From contig NC_085845.1 of the NCBI RefSeq assembly GCF_035594765.1, positions 131,022,897 through 131,086,896 on the forward strand: a stretch of DNA of 64,000 bases, read 5' to 3'. Source of the DNA: Anolis carolinensis. Its lineage: Eukaryota. The notes beneath the pieces were generated by a model. The model made no database searches and was not told the DNA's origin. It was given only the letters and a program-made list of their open reading frames with translations. This document shows positions 61,671 to 64,000 of the stretch, one piece after another. The position numbers were made by a program, and so were the translations under genes. Positions within the stretch are counted from its first letter, which is position 1. The number at the start of each line of letters is the position of its first letter.

Positions 61671-62142
61671 GAGCTGTAGCACAGCTGGTAAATCACCAGC
61701 AGTAATAAGAGCTACCAACTGAAAGGTGGCTAGTTCAAAACCCGGTCGGGGTGAGTGTTCGACCTCAAGCCCAGCTCACTGTTTACCAAAGCAGTTCAAA
61801 AATAGCTTATAAGCTGTAAGTAGAGAAATAAGGTACCACAAATTGTGGAGGGGATATTTTACCACTCCATACATAACAAAACCAGAAATGCAGTGACCGA
61901 GAGGAAGGCGGAAGGAGGAAATCCTGATGGCTCTTCGTCATAGAGAATGAAGCAACAGCACCACCTGTGACTGAATCTGAACACAACCTCAACTTCCAAG
62001 GCACCAAAAAAACTGGACTTCAAGACCACATACCAACTTTTATTTGTCCTATTCTATTCTGTACTGCCTCCAAATGGCATTGAATGTGTACCCTGAGTCC
62101 CCTTGGGGAGATAGGGCGGAATATACATAAAGCGTTATTATT
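61671..62142 (+). mobile_element. tRNA-headed SINE with Sauria-like body and L2-type 3' tail
   Basis: GTAGCACAGCTGG A box, AGTTCAAAACC B box, AGCAGTTCAAAAA..GTAAGTAGA..TAAGGTACC body, CCCTGAGTCCCCTTGGGGAGATAGGGCGG tail. Confidence 0.65.
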
Positions 62143-63414
62143 CTTATATAGCAAAGAAAACTATCCCATTGCTAGTGTTAATGTAAGACTGTCAGAAGAG
62201 TTGCTATTTTGTGGTAGAGAAGCTACTTTATCCTTCACATCCAGCAGCAAAATGTCTTGAGCTGCCCCTGTTTATCAAGAATGTTGCTAGATTTGGCTCA
62301 AAGCAAACCTTAAAGTGAACACGGGCTGTTCGTTCTGAGTTAAAAATTCAGGAGTCTTTTGAGTGAAGGCTGAAAAGTGGAATGTCTTCAAGGGTATTGA
62401 AAAGACATGCAATTAATGGTGGCAGGAAAAGAGACATTGCATAACTCTAGTGTCCTCAGAACTTTTGGAAAGGGACAGGAGGAGGAGGAGGAGAAAATAA
62501 TGTAGTAAGTAAATTAAGAAAACAAACAAATGTAAGTCCAAGCCCAAGATCCTGAATCAAACCATGCAAGCCAAAAGAAATCGAAGTATAATCTTCCCAT
62601 TAATAACAAACATTTGCATACGTGAATGCACTTCTGCAGTAATCTCTTACAGGAACTTCTTTCATTCATGTGTGTACGTCATACCTCGGAAAATACTACT
62701 ACAGTGCATTGACCTGCTAGGTAAACATCGTCCTTAATAAATCCTATGAACAGATCTTTTGTTTGCTAGTGGCTGTGTAATAATTTCCTTGAAGATGTGA
62801 GATAGCAAGCACAGGCTCAGGCCCCTGGCAACCTTATAAATCTATGTTTTTTCCTGTGCTCCCCCCTCCCCAAATGTAACCTCTTGAGATGCCACAAAGT
62901 GGTAATGAGTGTGTCACAGCCGGGTTGAGGGATGTGTGTAGAGATGTTGAGTTAAGCTTTGGACAAAGGAAATATATTTAAAGGGGTATCTGAGTTCTCC
63001 TCTTGGTGTTCTAATAGGATTTATGAACAATGAGGAGTGCAGGTGATGGGTCTGCCTTTCTAATGATATGGAATCATATTTTACTTCCCCTGGTAATGAT
63101 TTAGAATGTCTGATTGTCTTTCCTCATTCTTCTTGACAGCTTCTAGACATTTACATGGGAGAGGAAGTGAATGGCAACCTGCACAAAGATACAGTAGAAT
63201 GCAAGTGGTGTTATGGAAATGAGCCCTTTTCCTGGGAAAAGCTTGTGTGCTAATTAGAAGTGTTGTTCAGATGCTGATGGCTGCACAGAATCCCAATTTT
63301 GTAAGTCAGAACACCGTCAAGATACAATTTGACAAAGAGGTGTGACTGAAGAGGCTCATCTCCAGTTAGATCCATAGTAGCTAAGAACTAGCAGCTCCTT
63401 GGATTCTCTAACTA

Positions 63415-64000
63415 AAAAGATTGACAGGGGAGTGTGTCCCTGTTGGTTCTCTTGGACATCTCAGTGGCCTTCGATACCATCGACCATGGTATCCCTCTGG
63501 GTCGACTCTCCAGAATGGGTATTGGGGGCACTGCTCTGCAGTGGCTCCGCTCCTTCCTGGAGGTCCGTACCCAGTTGGTGAAGCTGGGAGATACCTGCTC
63601 GGACCCCTAGCCATTGTCCTGTGGGGTCCCGCAAGGTTCTATTCTATCTCTTATGCTATTTAAAATCTACATGAAACTGCTGAGTGAGGTCATCCAGAGT
63701 TTTGGAGTGTGGCACCATCTCTATGCAGATGACAGCCAACTCTACTACTCTTTTCCACCTAACTCCAAGGAAGCCCCTCGGGTCCTGGACCAATGTCTGG
63801 CCGCTGTGATGGACTGGATGAGGGCTAACAGGCTGAAGCTTAATCCTGACAAGACAGAGGTGCTCTTGGTCAGTCGCTCAACCAATCGGGGTAAAGGGTG
63901 GCAACCTGTGCTTGACGGGATCACACTCCCCCTGAAGGTGCAGGTCTGCAGTCTGGGGGTCCTCCTAGACTCAGTGCTGATGCTTGAGGCTCAGGTGTCG
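63415..64000 (+). mobile_element. L2 LINE reverse transcriptase region (runs off window end)
   Basis: LLVLLDISVAFDTIDH, GVPQGSIL, YADDSQLY and NRLKLNPDKTE motifs; in-frame stop. Confidence 0.95.

Overview
AT-rich vertebrate genomic DNA, almost certainly a squamate and probably an Anolis-type lizard. This is inferred from the co-occurrence of Sauria SINEs, BovB/RTE, CR1, L2, L1, Penelope-like elements, hAT and Tc1/mariner MITEs. No host protein-coding gene is recognisable, so the window looks like a gene desert or large intron with heavy, often nested transposon content, one 132-nt assembly gap and a few candidate conserved non-coding blocks. Main highlights: (1) A 1142-bp solo LTR (60246-61387, 5-bp TSD) carries an intact acidic 137-aa ORF in U3. 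It contains LRDIFAAPSDEESFEGFT, which closely matches the LEDGF/p75 IBD-binding (TND-interacting, ExFxGF) motif of CDCA7L/JPO2 and suggests a retroelement-encoded chromatin-tethering peptide. A second, unrelated LTR (12358-13123) has the same architecture, with a frame open from LTR nucleotide 2. (2) A BovB insertion has (TTAGGG)3 added at its 5' truncation junction inside the TSD. (3) Several composite non-autonomous hAT elements carry cargo: SINE, Penelope and CR1 pieces, a CpG-island promoter plus exon-1-like segment, and a perfect ERSE. All family assignments are from recognition of sequence hallmarks, not database searches.
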